64,000 nt of DNA from Terriglobia bacterium (GTDB lineage: Bacteria > Acidobacteriota > Terriglobia > 20CM-2-55-15). Below, one piece after another: positions 1 to 9,992 of this stretch (the stretch's first letter is position 1; each line of letters starts with the position of its first letter). Location of the stretch: positions 1-64,000 of the forward strand of contig CBDCLE010000008.1 in the NCBI GenBank assembly GCA_965218585.1. The letters run 5' to 3'. A program made the translations under genes and the position numbers. The notes beneath the pieces were generated by a model, which was not told where the DNA came from, did no database searches, and worked only from the letters and a program-made list of their open reading frames with translations.

Positions 1-136
1 CGTCTCGCTGGAGGCCGGACTCTTCTCTACAACAACCTTGAACAGGCCCAGGCGATCGCCGATGTAGCCGAGTCCCTGAGGAGAATGCGCCCCCGACGTC
101 GGCAATCACAGACTGAAGAATCGTTTTTTCACTCAT
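1..136 (-). CDS. 5' part of a wHTH + class I SAM-dependent methyltransferase (Rv2258c-like); runs off the window and is frameshifted
   Basis: ATG at 136 with AGGAG RBS at 146-150; after a frame change reads GLGYIGDRLGLFKVV..SPASSE, typical of this family's N-terminus. Confidence 0.55.
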   Translation of the reverse strand, partial: MSEKTILQSVIADVGGAFSSGTRLHRRSPGPVQGCCREESGLQRD

Positions 137-218
137 GGAATCTTACTCCTGTCGGGAATCTGTCGGGTAGTTGGGTAGGGCCGATTGGGTCGGGTCCGCC
201 GTATCCTTCACCAACAGC

Positions 219-264
219 ATAGATGTGGGATTCGGCCCCGTATAGATGTGGGATTCGGCCCCGT
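219..264. repeat. Perfect 23-bp tandem duplication ATAGATGTGGGATTCGGCCCCGT x2
   Basis: Copies at 219-241 and 242-264 in a divergent intergenic region. Confidence 0.9.
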
Positions 265-367
265 CAATGGCCCCGGCAAGCCTTCTCTACGAGTGCGCAA
301 ATACATAAATAGCTGTACAATCGTCGGGCCTTGAGCGTTCAGCTCAAGAGCGTGAAAGGAGTGTTTG

Positions 368-995
368 ATGTCGGACCAGTGGATGATTCGAGGTAGTGAA
401 TACGGGAACTGTAACTGCGATTGGGGATGCCCGTGCCAGTTCGGTTCTCCGACCACTCACGGCAACTGTGAAGCCATAGTGTGTGGAATAATAGACGAAG
501 GCCATTTTAGCGATACGAATCTGGACGGAGTGCGCTGGGCCATGGCCGTGTACTGGCCCGGTGAAATCGCCGAAGGGAACGGGAAGCAGCAGGCGATCCT
601 TGATGAAAGGGCCACTGACGACCAGAGGGAAGCCGTCCGCAAGATCATCCACGGCGAATCCACCGCGCCCGGATCCACTCACTTCTTTGTCTATAACAGT
701 ACGATGTCTGAGGTTCTGGATCCCATCATCGCGCCAATCGAGGTTTCCATCGACGTTGAGGCCCGGCGGGCCAACCTGAAGATTGAAGGCATTGTCGAGT
801 CGGTTGGCACGCCGATCATCAATCCGATCGACGGATCCGAGTTGCGATCGCGGATCCATCTGCCCAACGGTTTCGAATATACCTACGCAGAAATGGGAAA
901 CGGGAAAGGTTCGAACCGGTATCGAACTGGACCTGACCGATAGTTACGGCCAGTTCAACGTTCTCCATATGAATCAGGACGGCGTCATCCGGTAG
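368..995 (+). CDS. DUF1326 family protein (Cys-rich, putative metal-binding), frameshift near 905
   Basis: N-terminal GNCNCDWGCPCQF..PTHGNC motif; likely C-terminus (..IELDLTDSYGQFNVLHMNQDGVIR) lies in the frame ending at 995. Confidence 0.8.
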
Positions 996-998
996 TCG

Positions 999-1787
999 AT
1001 GACACCTGTCATTCCTCCCGCCAGAACTTTCCTCGCCGCGACCGGTGGGCCATTCTCACAGGTCTCGCCGGGGTGACGTTCCTCGCCTGGATGTACTTGT
1101 TTCTTCTGGCCCCCACTGTGAACGACATGCCGATGCCCGGGATGGACGAGGTGATGGAGATCCGCCCGTGGACAGGGGCGGATTTCCTCCTCATGGTTCT
1201 GATGTGGGCCGTCATGATGGTCGGCATGATGGTGCCCTCGGCCGTTCCGATGACCCTTGTCTATGCGTCCGTTGCGCGGAAGGCGGCTGCCCAGAACAGT
1301 TCCTTTGCCCCAACGTCTGTTTTCACTGCCGGTTACATATTCATCTGGTGCCTGTTCAGCGCAGGTGCCTCCGTCGCCCAATGGATTCTAGACCAGACTG
1401 CACTGCTCTCGCCGATGATGGTGTCTGCTAGCCCATACCTGGGTGCTGGACTTCTGATCAGTGCCAGCGCGTATCAGTTGACACCGATGAAGGACAGTTG
1501 TCTTGAGCATTGCCGGGCTCCGGCGCATTTTTTCTCACAGCACTGGCATCCCGGCTGGGGGGGAGCGCTTCGCATGGGTATGGAGCACGGCGCTTATTGT
1601 CTGGGCTGCTGCTGGGTCCTGATGGGTCTCCTGTTCCTGGGCGGTGTTATGAACCTGCTCTGGATCGCGGCTATCGCCCTGTTTGTTCTGCTGGACCATG
1701 CCATTCGGCCGGGTCGGAGGGCGTGTCGCCGGCGTCGCGATGATTCTTCTGGGTGTCGCGACACTGGCAGGATTCGGGCTGTCCTAA
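999..1787 (+). CDS. DUF2182 family predicted metal-binding integral membrane protein, frameshifted near both ends
   Basis: MWAVMMVGMMVPS, YQLTPMKDSCLEHCRAP and YCLGCCWVLM motifs; usual partner of DUF1326; reconstructed ATG 999 and TAA 1785-1787. Confidence 0.8.
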
Positions 1788-1865
1788 GAATCCGAAAAAG
1801 ATGACTGAGAGGTCCAGCTTTCTGACGGATAAGGAAAGCAGAAGTCGGAGTGGTTAGGCCGAGCG

Positions 1866-2252
1866 CTAAAGTTGCGCTTCCAGATGAACCGCTGTTGCCA
1901 GACTCTTTCTGAGCGACTGCATGCGTGGGTCCGGCTCTCGCCGTCGGTCCACCGTTCGCCACGTAGAATCGTTGGAGGCGGCAAGCAAGTCTGTGGCATC
2001 GGTCTGGGACAGCCCAAGCGCATTGGCCGCCTCCATGCACATAGCATCACCATACGGCTTGGCTGTCTGTACGTAGCAAACCGCTCCCATCGCTTCGAAC
2101 ACCAAGCCATCCGTCACATCATCGCTGGCTCCTCGGATCAGCAAGCGCGGTTCGGATCTTTGTTCCGCTGCGTAACCGGTATCAGGCACAAGTTTCCATT
2201 CGAACAGATGCTGAGCCTTTGCCAACTCACCTATGAGTTCTGCGGAAGTCAT
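1866..2252 (-). CDS. Hypothetical protein
   Basis: 128-aa ORF from ATG 2252 with protein-like composition; no recognised motif. Confidence 0.5.
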   Translation of the reverse strand: MTSAELIGELAKAQHLFEWKLVPDTGYAAEQRSEPRLLIRGASDDVTDGLVFEAMGAVCYVQTAKPYGDAMCMEAANALGLSQTDATDLLAASNDSTWRTVDRRREPDPRMQSLRKSLATAVHLEAQL

Positions 2253-2669
2253 AATGGTTTCCCCAAGAAGACAGTTTCTCTGGGATGACCAGAGCACTTT
2301 TGTGAAATCTCTTGCTGGTAGCCTAAAAACGGGCGGGCGGCCAGCCCGCTGCGACTCCGAATGAGTCGAACTACAGGTCTAGAAGGATTCTAATTCCTAT
2401 CATTCATAGAATTAAGCTAAAAAGCGGAAAAAGGCGAGACCGGCCTCACGGAAAGAGCTCCCTATCCGCCGAGCAGGGGACCGATGATCGAGGGCAGGAT
2501 CGCGACCCGAATGCCGACCACCTATTTGGGTCAATCCCTAAAATCGCCTTTCATATCGAGCGTATTTGATGCGTCCCGCACGTTTTGTCGTTATCATCGT
2601 GTACTCACGGCGGCCATCGGCGTTCCTATTACCGGTTCTGCCCGTCTATCCCATCTGCGAGGAGACAAG

Positions 2670-3170
2670 ATGAGCATCATTACCTTGAATGTAAACGGCG
2701 AGACACACACCGTGGATGTCGAGACGTCGACCCCTCTACTGTATGTTTTGCGCAATGCTCTGGGCTTCGAGGGCCCGAGGTTCGGTTGCGGCCTCGGACA
2801 ATGCGGGGCGTGCACCGTGATCGTCGGTGGAGAGGCGGTTCGTTCGTGCATTACGCCGACTTCTCGCTTCAGTGGGAGAGAAATCACTACGATCGAAGGA
2901 CTGTCCGAGGGCGGTGAACTGCATCCGATCCAGCAGGCCTGGATTGAAGAGCAGGTTCCCCAATGCGGTTTCTGCCAGAACGGGCAGATCATGACCGCCA
3001 AGGTGCTGCTCGATAAGAATCCCAATCCGACGGACCAAGAGATTCGGGAGGGGATGAACGACACACTGTGCCGCTGCATGACGTACTACCGCATCCAGGC
3101 AGCGATCAAGCGTGCTGCAGGGTCGAACGCTTCGAATGAATCGGATTCGCGCGAGGAGGTGGTCGCATGA
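2670..3170 (+). CDS. (2Fe-2S)-binding small subunit of a xanthine-oxidase-family molybdoenzyme (IorA/CoxS-like)
   Basis: GCGLGQCGACTV, QCGFCQNG and LCRC motifs; AGGAG upstream of ATG 2670. Confidence 0.92.
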   Translation: MSIITLNVNGETHTVDVETSTPLLYVLRNALGFEGPRFGCGLGQCGACTVIVGGEAVRSCITPTSRFSGREITTIEGLSEGGELHPIQQAWIEEQVPQCGFCQNGQIMTAKVLLDKNPNPTDQEIREGMNDTLCRCMTYYRIQAAIKRAAGSNASNESDSREEVVA

Positions 3171-5566
3171 CAGACTTCACGCGCATTCCGAAAGAAGTTG
3201 AGGCCGTACTGGAGGGCCGAAGCGGAAAGACCTCCCGCCGAGACTTCCTCAAGAGCTCGGGCCTTTTCGTCGTCAGTTTGAGCACGGCCGCAGTTGTCCC
3301 GGCGAAAGCGCTCAGTATGGCCCCAACCCCTGCTGGGGCAGCACAAGGCGGTGGCCTGTATCCCGATCCCGATTTCAGACAACTCGACTCGTGGATCGTT
3401 ATCCGTGAAGACAGTTCGGCCACCTTCTACGTTGGCAAGACCGATGGAGGCCAGGGCACGGGAACGGCCTTCCGGCAGATGATGTGTGACGAACTGGATA
3501 TCGCATACGACAAGACCGATCTCATCATGGGAAGCACGGACGTCACAGTCGATCAGGGTGGTTCGGGTGGTTCCGATGCAATCCAGACCGACGGCTGGCC
3601 GATGCGGCGTGTCGCTGCCGAGGCCCGTCGGGTCCTGCTGGAGAGAGCGTCTGATCGGTTCGGTGTCCCAGTGTCCGAACTCGACGTAAGCGAAGCCGTT
3701 ATCACGGTCAAAGCTGATCCATCCATGCGCGTGACCTACGGCGAGCTGATCGGGGGAGATCGGTTCAACGTGACGCTCGGTGGAGACAATATCAATGCCA
3801 CGACCGGTGTGGCCGACGTCAAGCCGGTCCAGGACCACAAGATCATAGGCCAGTCGCCCAAGCGTTACGATGTCCCTCCCAAGGTAGATGGGTCTCTGAA
3901 GTGGGCCGTAGGTGTGAGTGTTCCCGGTATGGTCCATGCCAGAAACGTCCGTCCACCCGTTGTGGGTGCTCAGCTGGTCAGCATCGACGAATCGTCCGTG
4001 GCCGACATTCCCGGATTTATCCAGGTTGTGAGCAGGGGCAACTACGTCGCCGTTATTTGTGAAGAGGAACAGGAAGCCATCGTTGCGGCAGGGCGGCTCA
4101 AAGTGGAGTGGCAGAATCCGTCCGAGGCACCTCTTCCAGGTTCGGAGAACCTGTTTGAGTACATGCGCAATACCGAACCCTCGTCCATTACCCAGACCGG
4201 GGATCCGAACGTCGACGGAAATCCGGACGCGGCGCTGCTGGCCGCCGACCGCGTCGTGGAGGCGGAATACGAAGTCCCTTACCAGGGTCATACTTCCATC
4301 GGCCCGGCGCATGCTCTTGCAGACCCGTCGAACGGCCAGATGACGATCTATTCCAATGACATGAAGTCCTACCGACTGAGAAATGGTGTTGCCGAGTTTC
4401 TCCAGATGCCACGGGAGCAGGTCCGTGTTGTCTGGATGGACGGTCCGCAACTGTACGGGCGCACGGCTGCAGATGACGCTGGTTTTGAGGCCGCCTACCT
4501 GGCTCGTGAGATCGGCCGTCCGGTTCGGGTTCAGTGGATGCGGCACGAAGAGACCGCCTGGGATACGAAAGGCCCTGCCTTTACATTCGCGTTGCGTGGA
4601 GGGCTGGATGCCGCTGGCAACGTGACGGCGTTGGAATATCGGGCGCGGACTGCGGATTACGCCCACGTAGGTTACAACGAACCGGACACGGTCCTGATCG
4701 CCCAGCTCATGGGCATCCGTCCCGACCGGATTGCGCCGGGAGGAGCGGCTCCGCCACAGGAAATGTATGTCATCCCGAACCGGCGCCAGGAAACAGCGGT
4801 TGTTCCCCTGCCGGTGTCCTTCGAGACGCCACTGCGCACCGGGAACCTGAGGGATCCCAACGGTCCGCAGACGACCTTTGCCGCGGAATCTTTCATAGAT
4901 GAGTTGGCGGCGGCGACGCAGACCGACCCGGTCGATTTCCGCTTGAACCTGCTCGAAGACGATACCGACGACGACGCTTTCAGACGGGCCCGGTCGATAG
5001 CGGTCGTTCGGGAGGCTGCGGACGCCTATGGTTGGGAGAGGCGTCCTTCCGCCCAAGCCGTCGGTACCGGACGGATCCTCAATGGACGCGGTATCGCCTA
5101 TTGCTATCGCAATCGAACAGTCATCGCCAATATTTCTGAGGTCCATGTCGATCGCGAAACCGGCCACGTCTGGGTAAAACGGATCGTTTGCGCCCACGAT
5201 TGCGGCCTGGTGATCAACCCAGTCGGGTTGCGCAATACCGTCGAGGGTAATCTCCTGTACGGGTTGAGCCGGGCGCTTCACGAGGAGGTCAGCTTCGACA
5301 CCGAGAAGGTGACCAGTATCGATTGGAATACGCACCCGACGCTCCGGCACCAGGATGCTCCCGAGCAGATCGATGTCGTGATCGTGAACGGCGACCCCAA
5401 CCCTGACCGGAGCGACCTCCCTCCGTATGGTGCGGGTGAGGGCTCACTCAAGCCGATGCTGGCGTCAGTTGCCAACGCTATCTTCGATGCCACCGGCGTG
5501 CGCGTGCGCCGGATTCCTTTCAGAGATGGACGTGTGCGGGAAGCTTTGAGGGCCGCGGGCGTATAG
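3167..5566 (+). CDS. Molybdopterin-binding large subunit, isoquinoline/aldehyde oxidoreductase beta (IorB-like), Tat-exported
   Basis: Twin-arginine SRRDFLK; GQGTGT, AHDCGLVINP, GAGE and NAIFDATGVRVRRIP motifs; ATGA overlap with small subunit. Confidence 0.9.
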   Translation: MTDFTRIPKEVEAVLEGRSGKTSRRDFLKSSGLFVVSLSTAAVVPAKALSMAPTPAGAAQGGGLYPDPDFRQLDSWIVIREDSSATFYVGKTDGGQGTGTAFRQMMCDELDIAYDKTDLIMGSTDVTVDQGGSGGSDAIQTDGWPMRRVAAEARRVLLERASDRFGVPVSELDVSEAVITVKADPSMRVTYGELIGGDRFNVTLGGDNINATTGVADVKPVQDHKIIGQSPKRYDVPPKVDGSLKWAVGVSVPGMVHARNVRPPVVGAQLVSIDESSVADIPGFIQVVSRGNYVAVICEEEQEAIVAAGRLKVEWQNPSEAPLPGSENLFEYMRNTEPSSITQTGDPNVDGNPDAALLAADRVVEAEYEVPYQGHTSIGPAHALADPSNGQMTIYSNDMKSYRLRNGVAEFLQMPREQVRVVWMDGPQLYGRTAADDAGFEAAYLAREIGRPVRVQWMRHEETAWDTKGPAFTFALRGGLDAAGNVTALEYRARTADYAHVGYNEPDTVLIAQLMGIRPDRIAPGGAAPPQEMYVIPNRRQETAVVPLPVSFETPLRTGNLRDPNGPQTTFAAESFIDELAAATQTDPVDFRLNLLEDDTDDDAFRRARSIAVVREAADAYGWERRPSAQAVGTGRILNGRGIAYCYRNRTVIANISEVHVDRETGHVWVKRIVCAHDCGLVINPVGLRNTVEGNLLYGLSRALHEEVSFDTEKVTSIDWNTHPTLRHQDAPEQIDVVIVNGDPNPDRSDLPPYGAGEGSLKPMLASVANAIFDATGVRVRRIPFRDGRVREALRAAGV

Positions 5567-5585
5567 AATGTAGTTCTTCTGTAGG

Positions 5586-5620
5586 TGCTACGGTCGCCGC
5601 TCTCGGCGGCGACCGTAGCA
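5586..5620. terminator. 15-bp perfect stem-loop after iorB-like gene (terminator or repeat-derived)
   Basis: TGCTACGGTCGCCGC-TCTCG-GCGGCGACCGTAGCA between convergent genes. Confidence 0.6.
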
Positions 5621-5703
5621 TTTACTTAGCATCGGGCCCACCGTCCTTCGGACGGTCCCCCCATGCCCGGACCGCACGTCTTTATTGATCCGTGATTGAT
5701 TTT

Positions 5704-5725
5704 TGCGCTCATAGAGCGCACCTAC
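5704..5725 (-). repeat. GTAG-type REP, variant GTAGGTGCGCTCTATGAGCGCA
   Basis: Matches copies at 7777, 13735, 22777, 22809 and 28977, with a compensatory G-C/C-G swap. Confidence 0.8.
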
Positions 5726-5734
5726 AGAAGAAGG

Positions 5735-6490
5735 TCAGTGTGTCATCGCGTAGACGACGATGTTGATGCCGATGCGGAGGGCTTCAGTCGAGATCTCCAG
5801 CGGCCATGCGTTCTGGTCGATGTGTTCCCAGAAATCACCCAGATCGTTGTTGTAGCAGATCAGTACCTGCAGGTTGCCCCATTCGTCTTCGATTCCGTAG
5901 AACACCGGAGGCCCGCCGTAGTTGTAGGGTGACCGGACGTAGAGGCTGTTGATCTCGTAATAGGTGTTCAGCATCGGGTGAACGTCGGTCAGCACCCGCA
6001 TTTCCTTGTCCGGGAAGACGCGTTTCATCTGTTCGTACATGATCTGGAACTGGCGCTGGCCGTCAAAATCGTCGAGCATGACGATACCTCCGCGATCCAC
6101 GTACTCGCGGAAATACTCCACTTCCAGATCGTTCATCCACATCATTCCCGGTTCCGAAATGTATCCGAACGGGTACTCGAAGATCTCCTCGCTGGCGATT
6201 TCCACAATCCGGTAAGACATCATGTCGACGTCCACGCCTGTGGCCTCGCTCATGATCTGATTGATGTGTTCTTCTGCGACAGGGTAGTCGTGATTCCAAC
6301 CACGGCTTCCATCGCTGGGCTGCCAGCGGGCAAATATGAACTCGGTATCGGGAGGATCGTTCTGGACGATTCGGTAACCGCCAAACCTGCCACCAAGGCC
6401 GCCAAACTGGCCGAACTGGGCGAGTGCTACGCCCGCTATCAAAAGCAGGACACCCAGCAGCGCAGATCTGTGGAGTGATCGCATGTTCAA
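5735..6490 (-). CDS. DUF4159 domain exported protein
   Basis: Signal peptide; WNHDYP, YPFGYISEPG, DDFDG and NNDLGDFWE motifs; C-terminal GINIVVYAMTH. Confidence 0.8.
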   Translation of the reverse strand: MNMRSLHRSALLGVLLLIAGVALAQFGQFGGLGGRFGGYRIVQNDPPDTEFIFARWQPSDGSRGWNHDYPVAEEHINQIMSEATGVDVDMMSYRIVEIASEEIFEYPFGYISEPGMMWMNDLEVEYFREYVDRGGIVMLDDFDGQRQFQIMYEQMKRVFPDKEMRVLTDVHPMLNTYYEINSLYVRSPYNYGGPPVFYGIEDEWGNLQVLICYNNDLGDFWEHIDQNAWPLEISTEALRIGINIVVYAMTH

Positions 6491-6538
6491 ATATTCTTAT
6501 CGGAATTCCCGATGCAGTCTACTCAATTCGGCATGTCC

Positions 6539-7714
6539 CTATTGGTTGATAGCGAACTCCCGCATTTCGGACCGCAGAACACCGCCTTCGCCTCCGATCA
6601 GAATCAGACGTCCCTGGTAAAGGGCCGTACTCGTTGCCCATTCGGGGACGTCCTCGGCTATCCACGCCCCACTGGTGTCCGTCATGATCGAGCAGGCGCC
6701 CCGTTGACTGGGCGGGCAGCAACAGGATGGTGGTCCCCGCTGGCGTACCAGAGACAGGTCGAGGAGGATAGTTCATAAACCAATCATCGGTATCTTCGAG
6801 GACGACATCAGGCGCTTCGGCCGGATCATAGGCCGAGAGCAGGCGCTGGTACCCCAGGGATCCGTCGAACCACAACGTCATGTCGTCTACAGCGATCGGG
6901 CCGGAGATCGGACATATTTCTATTTCCCACATCGGGGGGCTGACCCTTGCGGCTTCGCCAAACTCACCATCAGAAGTTCCCATCACTCTGAAGGGGTCGC
7001 GATACCCGTCGTATGTGTTTCTGAAAGTCACAGCAAGATTTCCATCCGCAAGCACTTTGATGTCGGGGAGACAGCAACCACATACCGAACCCTCCTGCAA
7101 TGCGGTCAGGTTTTGTTCTGTTGCCACACCGTCGACAATGGCGCGCGTAATAGAGGTCAGCGGGTTCTTCGTAACCTTCTTCAGCGATCCTGGGGTCGAG
7201 CCAGACCGCGTGCAGGACACCGTCGGGTCCGAAAGCAAGGTCCGGGAATTCCTGTAAGGCTTCGCCCTCGTCCTGATTCAAGCGAATGGACTCGCCGAAA
7301 CTCCGGCCGCCATCAGAGGACATTGCGACCTGGATGTCGTAAGCCTCGTCAGTCCAGGCAAGGCCGACCTCCCGATTGGAACCAAAAGCGATCGCAGGCC
7401 GCATTTCATCGATCGGAACTGAATTGAGTGGGTTGTCGTCACCATTGATCTGGACGGGTTCGGAAAAAAGTACCGTCTTCGAGCGTGCTTACAAACAGAT
7501 CGAAGCCGAAGAAACTTTCGCGACGCTCGGTCCACACCATGAGCAGTCCGCCATCGGGAGTCGCCACGATCTGGGGGTTATCGACGTTATCCAGATCGGG
7601 AATGGAGATTGGTCCGCCGAGGACGGGTTCAATCGTCTCGACCGGTTGTGTGCAACCGAGGGCGGTAATGACACATAAGGACAGAAGAAACATGGGAAAC
7701 GCGCTTCGCTTCAT
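6539..7714 (-). CDS. BNR/Asp-box (sialidase-like) beta-propeller lipoprotein, split by at least 3 frameshifts
   Basis: Lipobox ALGC, Asp-box SSDGGRSF, VCGCC and W..EICPISGP motifs spread over ORF pieces 7439-7801, 6970-7404, 6519-7238 and a final frame ending at 6539. Confidence 0.65.
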
Positions 7715-7776
7715 GGGGATGGATGCTCCTTGGATTTTCTCACCTTCACAGTATCTCATGTGGCGGCCTTGCTGTT

Positions 7777-7799
7777 GTAGGTGCGGTCTATGACCGCAC
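7777..7799 (+). repeat. GTAG-type REP GTAGGTGCGGTCTATGACCGCAC
   Basis: Exact match to 13735, 22777 and (inverted) 22809. Confidence 0.9.
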
Positions 7800-7811
7800 A
7801 AAATTCGACTA

Positions 7812-7859
7812 ATTCGAGGACAGTGAGGAAATTCGGAATTTGCTCACTGTCCCCGAATT
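7812..7859. repeat. Inverted repeat AATTCG(A/G)GGACAGTGAG..CTCACTGTCCCCGAATT at the mgtE 3' end (terminator-like)
   Basis: About 17-bp arms with 1 mismatch, overlapping the mgtE stop. Confidence 0.65.
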
Positions 7860-9216
7860 ACACCGCGGGTACGAAGGCCTGAAGCACCCAGGACGCGATT
7901 GCGAAATAGATCAGCAACCCTGCTATGTCGGCCACGGAAGTGATCAGCGGACTGCTGGCTACGGCGGGATCGGTCCCGACTCGCGTGAGCAGCAGAGGGA
8001 CGATGACGCCTATCAGGTTCGACACGAGGACGATCAGAAACATCGCCAACGCCACGACGATCGCGACTTCGGTTCCACCCTGAAACAGACCGAGCAGCCA
8101 GGCGGACAACCCCATGGTAGCCCCGAGGATCGCACCGACTGCAATTTCCTTCAGCAACGTAGGGAGCCATTGGGAACGGTCCAGGTCCCCTGTTGCCAAC
8201 GCCCTCACGACGAGCGTCGCCGATTGCGCCCCCGCGTTACCCCCGCTGCCCATCAGCAATGGTATGAAGAACGCCAGCGAGATCAGCGCTGCAAGCGTTT
8301 CTTCATATGCGGCGATCACGCCCGCAGCTCCGAGGTTGACGACAACCAGAGCCAAGAGCCAGGGAATTCGCTTTCTAAAAAGCGAAAGAACTCCGGCTTC
8401 ACGATAACTGACCTTCAGTGGCTCGACGGCAGCCGACAACTGGAAATCCTCAGTCGCTTCTTCTTCCGCGACGTCGAGGACGTCGTCTGCAGTAACGATA
8501 CCGATCAGGACACTGTCGGCGCCAACCACGGGAAGAACGAACAGGTCGTACTTTCCCATCTTTCGCACCGCTTCCTCACGATCATCGTATGGAGATAGCG
8601 TGGCCGCTTCATGCTCGAGGACCTTGTCAACAGTTTCATCCAGCTCGGCGAGGATCAATTGGGGCAGATCCACAGCGTCGAGAAACTTCCAGTGGTCATC
8701 GGTTACGTAGATCGTCGTGACGACTTCGCGGTCACGCCCCCTAACGCGTATGTGTCTGAGGGCCTGCTCAATCGTCCAGTCGGGTCGGATCGCGATGTAC
8801 TCGGGCGTCATCAGACGGCCGACGCTTTCATTCGGGTAGCTCAGAAGGAGGCGTGCGGCCTTGAGATCAGCCGGGTTTAAGAGGTTGAGCAAACGCTGAA
8901 CGACGCGGTCGGGCAATTCTTCGAACAGGTGAGTCCGGTCGTCTGGCTCGAGGTTCGTGATCAGACGGCGTATTTCGTCGGTGTTGAGTTCGCCCAGAAG
9001 CGCATTCTGGGCTTCGGAGTCGAGGTGTGAAAAAACTTCTCCAGAAAGGTTTCGTGTGAGGAGGCGAAACAGTAACAGACGGTCAGGACTATCCCGCTCG
9101 ATGACGAGTTCAGCCAGTTCGGGAGCGGGCCAATCGGCGACTGTCTTTTTGAGTTCGCTCCACTTCCGACGGTCGATCAGTTCTTCAACGTCGATTCTGA
9201 TCTCGGGACTCGTCAT
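7858..9216 (-). CDS. mgtE: Magnesium transporter MgtE
   Basis: MgtE_N, two CBS domains (GRLMTPEY, GIVTADD), TM domain GGNAGAQ..DPAVASSPLITSVAD. Confidence 0.95.
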   Translation of the reverse strand: MTSPEIRIDVEELIDRRKWSELKKTVADWPAPELAELVIERDSPDRLLLFRLLTRNLSGEVFSHLDSEAQNALLGELNTDEIRRLITNLEPDDRTHLFEELPDRVVQRLLNLLNPADLKAARLLLSYPNESVGRLMTPEYIAIRPDWTIEQALRHIRVRGRDREVVTTIYVTDDHWKFLDAVDLPQLILAELDETVDKVLEHEAATLSPYDDREEAVRKMGKYDLFVLPVVGADSVLIGIVTADDVLDVAEEEATEDFQLSAAVEPLKVSYREAGVLSLFRKRIPWLLALVVVNLGAAGVIAAYEETLAALISLAFFIPLLMGSGGNAGAQSATLVVRALATGDLDRSQWLPTLLKEIAVGAILGATMGLSAWLLGLFQGGTEVAIVVALAMFLIVLVSNLIGVIVPLLLTRVGTDPAVASSPLITSVADIAGLLIYFAIASWVLQAFVPAV

Positions 9217-9407
9217 GTTTCATAGCCTCGTTACCGGCCACTAGGTGGCCCCGTGGGGAGCACTCAAACCTACATTTAAACATGGAACAGACTGGGGTCT
9301 GAAGTTAGTTAGGGAGGGGTGAGTTCAGTTTGAGAGTTCCACGCCAGGGGATTCCGCTCCGTCGTTCAGACGGCCAGGATGGCCGTTTGCGAAATCCGGC
9401 TGGTGTT

Positions 9408-9710
9408 CTACAGCACAACTTCAAACCCCTCAAACTGTGGCGGCCCAAGGTAAGTGCCTTCTGGAGCCCGCGCCTGTCCATGAGCTTTTTGGAAGGCTTC
9501 CGAATTGGTCCAGTCCTCGAAAGCCTGCTGGGAGTCCCATATGGAATGGGACGCATAGAGTGTCGCCTTTTCGTCGGTTGGACCTTTCAAGAGATTGAAT
9601 TCCTTGAACCCTGCAACCTCATCCAGATAGGACTGGCGTCCTCTCCAGATGTTTTCGAAATCCTGTTCGTGTCCTGGCGCAATCTGGAAACGATTCATGG
9701 CAATAAACAT
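9408..9710 (-). CDS. Antibiotic biosynthesis monooxygenase family protein (heme-degrading IsdG/HmoA-like)
   Basis: MFIAMNRF..FE..W..R; W.S..AFEDWT.SEAF.KAH. Confidence 0.85.
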   Translation of the reverse strand: MFIAMNRFQIAPGHEQDFENIWRGRQSYLDEVAGFKEFNLLKGPTDEKATLYASHSIWDSQQAFEDWTNSEAFQKAHGQARAPEGTYLGPPQFEGFEVVL

Positions 9711-9992
9711 AGCGGCGGTCTCCTCTGATCTCAACGGTGTTAAGAAGGAACGTACAAAATAGGGACGGACATCTCAGATTTCAGCCGCCGCCCCAGGTAT
9801 TATCGCGCGGAATTCCGAAGTGTCCGCCCCCTTTTCGAATCTGTTATGGTAACTTTCCATATCCTTTATTCGTATAGGTTTAGAAAAGCGGCCCGACAAG
9901 ATTTGCCTTTACGAGTTCTTAACAACCGAGAGGCTTTTTCTAGTGTCAAAAGGGTAAGGTCGCAATTATCTGAAAGAGGATTGGTCCGGGTC

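Noticed and set aside
2300-2669. Possible Moco riboswitch upstream of the molybdoenzyme
   Set aside because: No conserved Moco RNA motifs seen.
3086-5350. 754-aa minus-strand ORF
   Set aside because: Antisense shadow of the IorB-like gene; no motifs.
9217-9407. Possible Mg2+ (M-box) riboswitch upstream of mgtE
   Set aside because: No consensus recognised; the main hairpin belongs to the repeat family at 46850 and 57238. An Rfam scan would settle it.
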